Below, one piece after another: positions 20,968-32,781 of a stretch of 33,582 nucleotides of DNA (positions are counted from its first letter, which is position 1; every line of letters begins with the position of its first letter). Made by a program: the position numbers and the translations under genes. The stretch is from assembly GCA_032718475.1 (NCBI GenBank), contig JAUCBJ010004733.1, positions 1 through 33,582 of the forward strand. The letters are read 5' to 3'. Source of the stretch: Nemertoderma westbladi. Taxonomy: Eukaryota; Animalia; Xenacoelomorpha. The notes under the pieces were generated by a model. The model was given only the letters and a program-made list of their open reading frames with translations. It was not told the DNA's origin and did no database searches.

Positions 20968-21888
20968 GGGTCAAAATCACTAAAAGTGACCAAAACTAAA
21001 CAAAAACATTAGACACGCCGTAACTTTTGACTTCCTCGATCATTTCCAATAATTTATATCTTAAAATGAACGGCATTTGTTGGTGTTATAGAACACCATT
21101 ATTTTGCAGCGCTCGCTACCTTGTATTTATTTTCAGAATATCTGTGCGAATTCGAAAAAATATAAAAACATTTTTTAGTGTAGACACTCAATATGTAAGT
21201 TGGAAGGTACGTCTATCAGTAAGAATATTACAGTAGACAATTTTATTGCTTTTTTGTCCCCCCCTCCCTGTAATGGGCCTGGTTAACTAGGATGTACAGC
21301 TGAAATCATAGCAATCATGCTACAATTTGAAAGAACCATTTATCCCATGTTCGCTGACTAAATTTCAGCCAATGGCATGCGAGTACATTCATGTACTGTT
21401 AGTTTAAAGTAATAAAGTCAGGGTGTTCCGCTTGCTTTGTCCCCTCCCTGTAATGTCACTTAACTGTCAATAAAATATTACAAAGAAAGTCTTATTGGCT
21501 CGTATTTTTGAAAATGAAATTTAGCGGGCTTTTCAACTTACCACCCAAACATTATAAAATTATGTAGAAGTTTATTGAAATAAGAGATAAAAAACAAGCA
21601 GGGAATGTCCACCCCTGTAATGCGTCCCCCATTACAGGTTCCATACTGTCTTTAAAATAAGTAGCCCCACTGTAATGGTCCCCCATTACAGGTTCTATAC
21701 TGTACTATACGAAAATGGCATTACGGGGGGGGGGGGGGGGGCGACTTAACTTAAAACCCAAATAGAGCTAATTAAATAAAATTTAATAGCTTTTCATTGT
21801 GCTCATCAAATTATCCTGAAAAAGAGCCTTCGAATGCTATTTAATAATTTCCCAACCTAATTTTGACCACTTTTAGTGATTTTCACCG
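20968..21888. mobile_element. ~920-bp non-autonomous TIR element (copy 1)
   Basis: TIR GGGTCAAAATCACTAAAAGTGACCAAAA with ttttgaccacttttagtgattttcacc at the right end. A second, inverted partial copy lies at 32782-33355. Confidence 0.75.
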
Positions 21889-22185
21889 TCTATGAATTTT
21901 TATTAATTCCAGATTTGGCTTATTTCCGACAATATTTACATCTATTATATGCTAATACAATATATGGGAGTATTGCTTATTATTTAATCCTTACGAATCC
22001 AATGATTATAATTGAAGAATGAAGATTCAAATTTTTGTGCTAATTATTATAATTTGATTATGTTATAGTAATATACAAATTAATAGTTGATTCGAATGTT
22101 TTTAAACTCATTTATATTTATTACAGTTTTGTAATTTTTGGGGCAAGGTTTCTCACAAGTCGCAACTCCAATGCATTGTGTCCTG

Positions 22186-23460
22186 GAGCCGGTTGCATAA
22201 AACTCCCTTAAACTTAAATATTACTTAAAATAATTGTGCGACTTAAATGGGTAAGTCCAACTTACATAAGTCAGCCACTAAGTAAGTTGCATAAACACTT
22301 ACTATTTCACATAACTTATGTAAGTTCAACTTATTTAATTAAGGTTAATCATTAAACTTATGTTTACTATAATTTTTACATTCATAAGTTATTATGCTGC
22401 TATAGTTACCCTGTGTGATTGGTTGGTTTTCTTCAGCTGTTAAACCAATCGCATAGCGTATAGGCATTGTGCGTTCTCAACCAACTCACTATCCTGCAGT
22501 ATGCTATATCCATCTTTACTGTGTATAGAAAATGAAAGAATTGGAGCGATAGTGGAGGTACTGTAGGTACCGGTAGGTAGGGGCACAGTTGGTCAATAGC
22601 TTACCGGTACAGATTGGTCATATTTCCTATTGCAGTACAGTATTGGGGCTGTGGATGGCCGTAATAACCAATTTAAAATTAATTATTGAAAAATTACATG
22701 CAGTTCAAATTTTTACTGTAAATTGTTTGACGCTACGGTTACTGTGCAAGACTGCAAGATGAGTAAACATCAGCGTTGTTGAATTTGATGCTACTGTTCC
22801 TGACATTCGAAGAACAGTAGTCGATTTAAATAAAAAAGTTTCTAACTTAAAAGACAGTAGGCCTACACGAAAGTATTGCAATGAATTACGGAAATGTAAA
22901 ACTGGCGGTGGCAGGGTGGGCCCAAACCACAGGACCCTGAACCTTTTATCTGTTAAATGTACGATATACTGTGGAGACAGCGGTGTTGCGTTACTGGGTC
23001 TTAATTCTGGGGTAGAGACCCAGTCTACGGCTCCTACATCTATTATATACCAAGCTTGTGAGGACGGTACGGACTACAGCGCAGTCGAAGAGTCCGTGAA
23101 TTGGGTCCACCATCCACTGGGACTAGTGTAATGGAATCGAATACCGGTAATCGCCCAGAAGCACATCCAACGGTACCGGTATTACCGGCGTCCGTAAGCG
23201 CAAGCCAATGAAACTGTCTCATGAAATTTTACTTCTTAAAAAAAAGTACTTGAGAATCAACTATTGTTGGTAGGCGAGAACAGATAATTAATTAAAGAGC
23301 AACGCGCTGAACATGCCAAAAGAGTAGCTCGAATGGACCACCAGCTTTCTGCCATGGAAGGTCAGCTAGAAAGTGATAAACATACCTTACCTTACATATA
23401 CACCTTTACTTACAATGTTATATCTCGATAATTAAATAAAGTTTAGAGATATGGATTTTG
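22186..23460 (+). mobile_element. Decayed PIF/Harbinger transposon remnant with Myb/SANT-like ORF
   Basis: Left end CTG|GAGCCGGTTGCATAAA resembles Harbinger TIRs. Frame 22763-23131 reads ...IRRTVVDLNKKVSNLKD...RKCKTGGG...GLNSGVET, the Myb/SANT-like signature, followed by a broken coiled-coil. No right TIR or transposase seen. Confidence 0.65.
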
Positions 23461-23462
23461 TG

Positions 23463-23560
23463 ATAAATTCTGATTCAAAATTTTGAATCAGAATTTATTT
23501 AGTTTTAAATATCCTAACTGCCGCGGAATTTATTTAGTTTTAAATATCCTAACTGCCGCG
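23463..23560. repeat. 36-bp perfect palindrome overlapping a 35-bp tandem duplication
   Basis: ataaattctgattcaaaa|ttttgaatcagaatttat at 23463-23498; gaatttatttagttttaaatatcctaactgccgcg twice at 23491-23560. Confidence 0.9.
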
Positions 23561-24353
23561 GAAGGTGCAATTGGCGGCAACGCGCGGCAATCTCGGAGGA
23601 TGAATACTCAAGTTAAAATAATGACGTCGCTTATGAAGTAATAACTATTTACAAACTTGTGTGTAAAGTAGCACTTTACAGTGTTATGATCGGAGTGGCT
23701 TTGTTACATAAACGAACGTTAGTGAGTGAGTGAAAATAAAGCCACGAGGATCAGAACACTACTTTGCAACAAGTATGTATGTAGTTTTATTCCAAAATTT
23801 TAACATTACGAAATTATATAGGTATATAGATAAGGTATATATATATATTATAAGTGATAGAAACTGCACAAATTAAATTAGTTACTGTATAAATAAATGT
23901 AAAAATGACATAAATTATGTTATAAATAAGTTAGCTTATATTTATGGTGGCGTTTGGAGCCATGTTATAATAATATAGCTAGGCCCTACTGGTTATTAAT
24001 AGCTATACCCCGCCTACCGGTGGGTAATGCAGTAGGCCTATCTGGCTGTCAGGCAAATACCACCTATTGTTTACGTGGTAACCAATGACGGCATTAAGTA
24101 ATGTCCACTAACGGGACATTACTTAACTACTAACACCAAATACAATACTAAATGTACAGGCCAATACAATGCTGTAATGTTCTCAAAAGTTGTAAAGTGC
24201 TAAATAATAACTCGCTGTTAATACTAACGGCGTTGAGTAATATTACAATTTTGGAATAAAACAATTTAACAACAATTTCTAGATCCCTAATGGGGTCAGT
24301 TCCGCCAGAGGTTACATTTTTTACTGGTTCTTTCATACTAGATAGTTTTTTTA

Positions 24354-24539
24354 ATTTTATTTAAAAATGTTTTAGAACATGTTAACATGTTCTAAAACAT
24401 TTTTAAATAAAATCTGTTCTAGATTAAAATATATTTGCACTAAAACATACATTTAATTTCAATTAATAACTAACATGATGTTAGTTATTAATTGATATTA
24501 AATGTATGTTTTAGAGTAAATATATTTTAATCTAAAACA
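24354..24539. repeat. Two adjacent long palindromes (60 bp perfect; 125 bp near-perfect)
   Basis: 24354-24413 is centred on GTTAAC with no spacer; 24415-24539 is centred on G24477 with few mismatches. Confidence 0.92.
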
Positions 24540-25544
24540 ATTTTAATACTATCTAATTTTGCAATTCTTGAAATGTTATACAAAGTCTGCCATCCATTTA
24601 AATAAAATTTATGTTTATTTGCTCTTGTTTAATGTTTATTTGTTCTAGAATTCTTTTAAATATTAATTAGTGCGCCCACTTTTTAAAAATAGAACAGATT
24701 ATTCTCTGTGATTGATGATACACCACAAATGGCCCCTCAGCTCGCCGCTACAACAGCCCACTGCTTATACGCGTAGGCCCTACCTATCTTATCTTTTATG
24801 ACTTAAAGTTATATATTTAAGTTCCACTTAAAATATTAACTATTTATTATATTGTGTATAATGTGGCACTTTATCTCACGTCGGTACCGAGTGTTAATAT
24901 CTACACGAACGAGCGAAGCGAGTGAGTGAAATATTGAAACGCGGGACCGAAGTGAGATAAAGGTAGGCCCCCTACATTATACACAATATGTTATCTTATT
25001 GTTAAATCTCTAGATTACTTAACAAGATATATAATAGATAATATTAGCCATTTCTTATATTAGTATGTTTTATTCACGATTCGCGAACATTTTCGTTATT
25101 ATATACCAAATTTCTAGAACTATGTTCTAGACCTCTTAAAAAGGTTACAGAAAAACATTCTGGAACATTTTTATATACCAGCAAACATGTTCTAGAACAA
25201 CAATTTAAAAATAACAAAAACTAGCTAATATATTAATTTTTAACTATTTAAAAAAAATTAATATAATTTATTATAAAAATAATAGCTAACATGTTGACGA
25301 ACATACTAGCTAGTATAAAAAAAATACCTCATATTAGGTAATTTCCTTAACTGCAACAAGAAATAGTTAATAATACACTCTGTTATTAATAGTAACCAAG
25401 ACAACGTGAGTGAGAAATAAATAGGTGGATTACTTACGGCTCGTCCATTTACAGATGTTCGTTATTTTCGTATTTTATTTTTCATATTTTTTTAGTATTA
25501 TTAGCACCATTTTCGTTAGCAAAAGTTGTATAAAAATTCCAAAA

Positions 25545-25890
25545 GCAGTTACGCACTTTGGGCAGTTTCGCACTGTGGGCGCACTGTGAGCAGTTACGCG
25601 GTGTGAGCAGTTACGCAGTGTGAGCAGTTACGCAGTGTGAGCAGTTACGCACTGTGAGCAGTTACGCACTGTGAGCAGTTACGCACTTTTGGCAGTTTCG
25701 CACTGTGGGCGCACTGTGAGCAGTTACGCGGTGTGAGCAGTTACGCGGTGTGAGCAGTTACGCAGTGTGAGCAGTTACGCAGTGTGAGCAGTTACGCACT
25801 GTGAGCAGTTACGCACTGTGAGCAGTTACGCACTTTTGGCAGTTTCGCACTGTGGGCGCACTGTGAGCAGTTACGCGGTGTGGGCAGTTA
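25545..25890. repeat. 17-bp minisatellite (GCAGTTACGCACTGTGA) with higher-order periodicity
   Basis: About 21 monomers; the variant order recurs at 130 and 147 bp. Confidence 0.95.
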
Positions 25891-25920
25891 AGATATGAAT
25901 GACGATACAGGGGAGGGGGA

Positions 25921-26144
25921 GGGGGGAGGACTTGACGCAAATCTCGGCGAATTAATATTTCGTCTCACTGTTAAAATGTTAAATTACAAATTTAGGTAAA
26001 GCAGCAGGTTACATTTGAACATTATTTTAACCAAAACAATAAACGTAAGTTAATAGAACTGGTTAGTGTTTTGTTTTGGGGGTAATCAGCTGTTATTTGC
26101 GTCGATTTTGGAGAGGGATGAGAGATTTGCGTCGAAAGTCCCCC
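25921..26144. mobile_element. MITE-like family copy with recognisable TIRs
   Basis: ggacttgacgcaaatctc (25928-25945) pairs with gagatttgcgtcgaaagtcc (26122-26141). Related pieces at about 9750-9810(-), 27105-27155(-), 28075-28185, 28210-28265(-) and 28865-29073. Confidence 0.65.
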
Positions 26145-27361
26145 ACATCCGTGAATGACATTAGCTTAGCTCATCAGAATACACAACATAAAAATATATA
26201 TTAACGAGTCATTGCTCCAGAGCTTTCCACCAATTAGTTAGTATGAAACCCAATAAGGGAGCAACTGGTTTGTAGCCGATCCCTTCAGCCTGCAGACTGA
26301 TTCACATCCTTGGCACTGAGGCTGCTTTACGCTCATTGGCCAGCAAGAAGCCTGCTTATATCTATTATCAATGCCCAAGCTTTACCTGAGGTTGCCATGG
26401 GAACATCCGCCTTCCCTGTATAATGTTTGCTGACCTTGCCTCAGGTTCCATCCTATGGGATGGGCAGCATTGGGGTAGGTAAGCATTGCTGGTTGCTGGC
26501 CAAGGCTTCTGTAATGTGAGTCCAATATATTGCATGGAATCTCTCTTGTACAGCGTTATCCAAAGATGAGCTGTGATTAGGGAGGAAGGGATTTATTGCT
26601 TCCAGGTCTAGGAGCTAGCCACATTGATTGTGGCTACTTTCAATTAACTTATTTACATTGGTTATTAAAGGGTGTTTTTAATTACAAAAGTTGATCCTTT
26701 ACATATGATAAATTTAAGAATTGCAAGCCTGTAATAGTTTATAATAGCCCACCTGTAATCGATTTTCAGATTTTAGCATATTTAATTTGGGTTTGAAAAA
26801 TTGTATTTTAATTGTTGATTTTATTTGTTTAAGTTGTCTGTAATTTGTCTGTTACCTGGGTTTTTGTGAAAACCTGGTATACTTCACATGGGGTAAACTG
26901 AAACTGCAAAGTGAAATACAACCGCAGAATCCTGAGGACTAACGTGCTTCAGCTTTAAGCAGTTAAGGGCCTCCACCTGTAGTAGACCTTTAGTACTGCA
27001 GTAACAGTACATACAGCATGGATTGTGCTAGAGTAACATTACAGTTACTGTATAGTAAGTACGCTTCTGTAACCGGCTCCTTTCCCTCAAATGGTAATGT
27101 GGCCGATTATTGTTTTGGTTAGAAAAGCCTGCCTCTGCAACCTGCTCCTTTCCCCAATTGGTTTATTACGTGTGTTACTGTTACTTATATTATGTGGAGG
27201 CCCCCAAACACGTTATAATCCCGAAACCTGATATATTGGGCCAATTCCTGACAGTGGAAGGGACTTCTTCAAGAGATGGCATTCATGGAATAGTGCATGT
27301 TAAAATTTCAAGATTCAGTCTCCAGTCTCATTGTGTAGTTAGTTTTTGAGCTTTTCGAGTT

Positions 27362-28018
27362 TATGAGCACGTGGATGACTTCTGCTACATGGGATCATGG
27401 ATCAGAAAGTCAGATGGACCTTCGAATACGTAAGAGGAAGGCATGGGCAGCGTTAAATAGTCTGTCCAGGATTTGTAAGTCCATTAGAATAAAACAGAAC
27501 CTTAAGGTTCGATTATTTGTGACAGTAGTAGTACCAACACTCTTATGGGAGTCCATGGTGGCCTCTAATACTGCTGAGGATATACCAAATCTCTGGATGG
27601 CACTTTCACAAGAATGCTGCGCCGGGTTCATTGAGTCATTTACAATGAACACATCTCCAATCAGACTCTATACAACATTGGAGGTGTTCCATTCGTCTCC
27701 CCTAGCTTGACACTTGAACGGAACCGCCTCCGCTTTGCAGGACATTGCTTTCGCCGTGAGGACCAGCCAGTGCATAATCTTGTGCTTTGATGGCCTCCTG
27801 AAGCGAATAAGCATGGTGGACAGCCCTTGACTTTCTTGAGAGGCATCTTAAAGGACACTGGCCTCGTAGATACTGTACGGTTGATCTAGCAAATGTCATG
27901 GGTGGTAGGGAGTTGTGGCGGCGCAATTTTGTCGACAAGCCGCCACAGCATTCTTAATAATATATGTAATATATATATATAATACAGCTGCAGTAGCATG
28001 CCGATCGTTGTAGTAGTA
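27362..28018 (+). mobile_element. 5'-truncated, decayed RTE copy with (TAG)n tail
   Basis: Aligns by eye to 930-1557 (LRIRKRKAWAALNSLSRI, KVRLF) and ends gtagtagta. Confidence 0.88.
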
Positions 28019-29181
28019 CTTTTTATAAGTTAAATCTTACCGCATTCAACTTAGGAGGCAGTCGGGAGAAACTGGACGCAATTCTTATCTCGGCGAATCT
28101 CGGAATATTTCGTCTAAATATTATATTATCAATTTGTAGGAAAATGAGCAGGTTAGACTACATTGGCACGTTATTCTAACCAAAATTTGTCGCATTTGAA
28201 ATAAAGTTTTGTTTATTGTTTTGGTTAGAAAATTGCGCTACTGTAACCTGCTCCTTTCCCTAAATGTTTTACATTAAGTTTTTAAACCAACTAAACACAT
28301 AATTTGGTGTTTGCCGTCATTTTGCTATATTAAATCCTTCCATGGGAGATTTCATAAGCGCCAAGACAAGATGGTTTAATTATGTTTATATTGTTATAAA
28401 AGTTAGTATTATATTGTTATAATATATTGGCTTGCTTACTAAATCCTGTGCGAAGGCCCCACGAACTATAATTAATTGTAAATAATACAGCCTAATTGCA
28501 TGCATGAATTTATTGAATTCTTCCAAAACATTTCTTTATAATGCCATGTCTAGTCTAATTAATCCCTAGCTTTAAATAGCTTGAATGCATGAGTTTATAT
28601 TATTAATCAATATTTTATTTAAACTTAATGAGTACTGGAGTATTTAATCTTATAGTGAAAAGTAAAGAATCCTAGACCTTTATTTTATATTAGCACAAAA
28701 CAGTAATAATATCAGAATATAGAAACAGCAATAATAATTTCTGGCTAGCATAGTGTTGTTATGAGAGGTTAAAAAAATTAAAAAACTGTAAAATAGCAAA
28801 AGACATGTTAAACACAACATTTTCCAAAATATTCAAACTTTGGAAACAGTGAGGGAAACTGGTTGCAAAGCCTATATCGGAGTATTCATATCTCGTCTCA
28901 TTGTTATATTATCAAATATAAATTTAGGAATAGGAGTTGGTTACAGATGCACGTTATTCTAACCAAAACAATAAACTAAAATCATAGAACAGGGTACAGT
29001 TTTATTTTTGAGAATAATCAGTAAATAAGCTATTACTTGCCTGATTTTCCCCAGCCCCCCCCCCCCCCCCCCCGCTCCCATTTGACAATTTCAACTTTCA
29101 GATTCAGTTCAGTTTCATTGCATAGTAACTTATTGTTCTAACTTAAATATTATCATTAATTTTGGTAGAATTGTTTCTGAT

Positions 29182-29835
29182 ATGATAATGGAAGCTCGTA
29201 AGCGGAAGTCAACTTGTCCGCGAAAGATTCGAAGTAACAATATGACTAGTGGCGAAATCAACAGAATTAAATCAGATTTGTGCCGTGAGTTGTTAATTAG
29301 TGACACGTCAGATGAAATCGTTAATAATAACGATCTAGGCACTTCCACAGCTGTGGTATCAGCTAGTCTTGATGTTGACGGTGTCGAAGAGCGAGTAGAA
29401 GAATCATCAGACCTAGCTACGATTTCCGAGATACTAAGCATTGCTCATCCAACTGTCCACGGTCTAACTACAAAGCATATCACTACCAACTCTTCCTCCA
29501 CATCAAATTGCTCAGATGATGTGGAGATATTAAACTACGTACCCCATAGGAAGCTGCCCAGGGACCTGTCTGTAATTCCTTCAGACATGATTCATCAGTG
29601 GAAATCAGTGAGGCCTGTTACCGCGAAGTCTTTACTCTCCACTAAACCGGCGAGTTTCTATATGAAACAGTTCAAACTGATCACCCCGAAGGGAGGAAGT
29701 TCCGAGAGACAGTTGGTTGATAACGATAGAAAGACTTCGGCTCTGCTCAGTGAACATACAACTCCTGTGACGTCATTACCAGAAGATAGTGAAAGCTGTA
29801 ACGAGGAGAGTATTTCTAACAAATGTGTCGAACAG
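29182..29835 (+). CDS. Probable exon of an unidentified Ser/Thr-rich protein gene
   Basis: 218 open codons in AT-rich DNA with a basic RKRK motif, ending at a consensus donor CAG|GTGAGT (phase 0). No recognisable domain. Confidence 0.55.
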
Positions 29836-29874
29836 GTGAGTATTACATAATATATATTTATGGGCGCAAATATA

Positions 29875-30743
29875 TGTGGCTGGCCACGAGAAAAGGGACC
29901 TTATGTCACTGGAGGTCGATTTTGAGTTATTAGACCTATGAGATGCAGAATTTTCCAGAGATTTTAACAAAAAAAACGGTGTCTCAATATCTATTTCTAA
30001 AAAGAAGTTATAGCGATTTATGTGAAGGTGAATCGGGTAGCAAATAAAATTTTATTAATAGCAGTTATAATAAGCGATTATTAAAAAAAATGGAAAATAT
30101 TAATAATATCATAGCAATTCTTACTATATAGTTAGGCAGCTCAATGTTATTCGGGTTTTTATACAACTTTTAACACTTTTAAACTATTAATATTGTTCAT
30201 AAACTATTTAAAAAAAAATTTTGCAAAATTTTAAAAAAAAATTTTGCAAAATTTTCAAAAAAACATTTAACCCAAAAAAATTTTTTTTTAATTTTAAATC
30301 TTTTCAAAAAGATAAATTTATTTTACAAAATTTAAAATTATTTGTATTTTGAATTCTTTATTGGGATTACAAAATTTAATTAAGAACTAACAAAGATAAA
30401 TTAAGAAAATGACAGCCATATTGCATTTAAAAAATAACTGTAGGCCTACAGTACCGGTACCTACATATTACAGTAGTAGAATTTATTTCAGTCCTAAATT
30501 CAGACATGAAAACCCTAAAACAGTGGGATGTAGAATACTGCAACATCTTATATTGCTTCCTGTAATTAGTTATTTCCTAGGTATATTGAATATCAGAACC
30601 AATTTGAATTTCCCTCATCGTTTTATACATTTCTAAATTGATAATCCAATTAAATTTGTTCAAAAATAGAGGGAAACTTTAAACGCGATTATCTCAGAAT
30701 CAGGTTTTGCGACATAAGGTCCCTTTTCTCGTGGCCAGCCACA
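29875..30743. mobile_element. 869-bp non-autonomous element with perfect 33-bp TIRs (TGT...ACA) and TATA flanks
   Basis: TGTGGCTGGCCACGAGAAAAGGGACCTTATGTC at 29875-29907 and its exact reverse complement at 30711-30743. TATA on both sides; very AT-rich interior. Confidence 0.9.
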
Positions 30744-31136
30744 TATAGCTTCCAAAATTGATTTTCAATCATTTAAATAACACATTTAATAGCTTCCCGT
30801 TATTGTTATTGTTAATATGATTTTTAAATAGGCCTAAACTATGAACTGAGACGACTTTTAATTATTTTATATTCATTAATGATTTTATTAATTGCTATAG
30901 CTGTCTAGGATCATTATTGATAGTATACTGATCATTACACCAATTATTACTAAGGTATATTTATAAAATTTGAATTTCATATTATTTATCCACAGTAATC
31001 CTAACCTCAGAGAGTTGAATATTTTCTCAGTTTTGATAAAACGTCGGAAGGTTTACCCGGGCAGTGCTAGGGGCTTCTTAATTAATTTCGGTTCAATTTC
31101 AAATGACATTTCTTTATTCTATGAACATTTGTTCAG

Positions 31137-31342
31137 GAAATGGAGGAATTGTTTGAAAAGAAATTACTTTCTGCGAGCTACGAACAGGCTGTGGAAGAGT
31201 CCAGGCTGGAACTGGAGTTGAATAGCGATATGTTCTACTTGGATAACGCGAATAAACAGTGTCAGCATTGCGACCTAACCATCGAACATACGCATGATAA
31301 TATCGATTTACAGGCGGACACAATGATAAGCGGAAATTACCG
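31137..31342 (+). CDS. Probable next exon of the unidentified gene
   Basis: Acceptor ttgttcAG (31135-31136) is in phase 0 with the 29835 donor, giving ...CVEQ|EMEELFEKKLL...CQHC. The first donor-like CG|GTTAGT is at 31343; otherwise the frame stops at 31367. Confidence 0.5.
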
Positions 31343-32781
31343 GTTAGTTCACAGAAGGACAGAATGATAAGCGGAAATTACCGGTTAGTTCACAGAAGGA
31401 CACAATGATAAGCGGAAATTATCGGTTAGTTCACAGAAGGACACAATGATAAGCGGAAATTATCGGTGAGTTCTCAGAAGGACACAATGATAGCGGAAAT
31501 TACCGGTTAGTTCACAGAAGGACACAATGATAGCGGAAATTACCGGTTAGTTCACAGAAGGACACAATGATAGCGGAAATTACCGGTTAGTTCACAGAAG
31601 GACACAATGATAGCGGAAATTACCGGTTAGTTCACAGAAGGACACAATGATAAGCGGAAATTATCGGTGAGTTCTCAGAAGGACACAAAGATATTCGGAA
31701 ATTATCGGTTAGTTCACAGAAGGACTCAAAGATATTCGGAAATTATCGGTTAGTTCACAGAAGGACACAATGATAAAGCGGAAATTATCGGTTAGTTCTC
31801 AGAAGGACACAATAGATATTCGGAAATTACCGGTTAGTTCACAGAAGGACACAATGATAAGCGGAAATTACCGATTGGTTCACAGAAGGACACAATGATA
31901 AGCGGAAATTATCGGTGAGTTCTCAGAAGGACACAAAGATATTCGGAAATTATCGGTTAGTTCACAGAAGGACTCATAGATATTCGGAAATTATCGGTTA
32001 GTTCACAGAAGGACACAATGATAAAGCGGAAATTATCGGTGAGTTCTCAGAAGGACACAATAGATATGTCGGAAATTACCGGTTAGTTCACAGAAGGACA
32101 CAATGATAAAGCGGAAATTATCGGTTAGTTCACAGAAGGACACAATGATAAGCGGAAATTATCGGTTAGTTCACAGAAGGACACAATGATAAGCGGAAAT
32201 TACCGGTTAGTTCACAGAAGGACACAATGATAGCGGAAATTATCGGTTAGTTCACAGAAGGACACAATGATAAGCGGAAATTATCGGTTAGTTCACAGAA
32301 GGACACAATGATAAGCGGAAATTACCGGTTAGTTCACAGAAGGACACAATGATAGCGGAAATTATCGGTTAGTTCACAGAAGGACACAATAGATATGCGG
32401 AAATTACCGGTTAGTTCACAGAAGGACACAATGATAAAGCGGAAATTATCGGTTAGTTCACAGAAGGACTCAAAGATATTCGGAAATTATCGGTTAGTTC
32501 ACAGAAGGACTCAATGATATGCGGAAATTATCGGTTAGTTCACAGAAGGACACAATGATAAAGCGGAAATTATCGGTGAGTTCTCAGAAGGACACAATGA
32601 TATGCGGAAATTATCGGTTAGTTCACAGAAGGACACAATGATAAAGCGGAAATTATCGGTTAATTCACTTGACACAATTGAAACGGAAATTATCGGTTAG
32701 TTAACAGAATGACACAATGAGATACGGAAATTACCGGTTAATTTACAGAAGGATACAATGAAAAACGGAAATTACCGGTTA
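31316..32781. repeat. ~41-bp tandem satellite, about 35 copies
   Basis: Unit GACACAATGATAAGCGGAAATTA(C/T)CGGTTAGTTCACAGAAG with 40-43 bp variants; the last three units are the most diverged. Confidence 0.97.

Noticed and set aside
26160-26900. GC-richer block with CCAAT-like words as an LTR or promoter
   Set aside because: No paired LTR, PBS, TSD or ORF to support it.
28059-28072. CAGTCGGGAGAA resembling the element A TIR
   Set aside because: Short, gapped match without the subterminal AAGTCCAA repeats; likely chance.
31316-32781. CRISPR-like appearance of the 41-bp array (also the 17-bp array at 25545)
   Set aside because: No unique spacers, no cas genes, eukaryotic context; these are plain tandem repeats.
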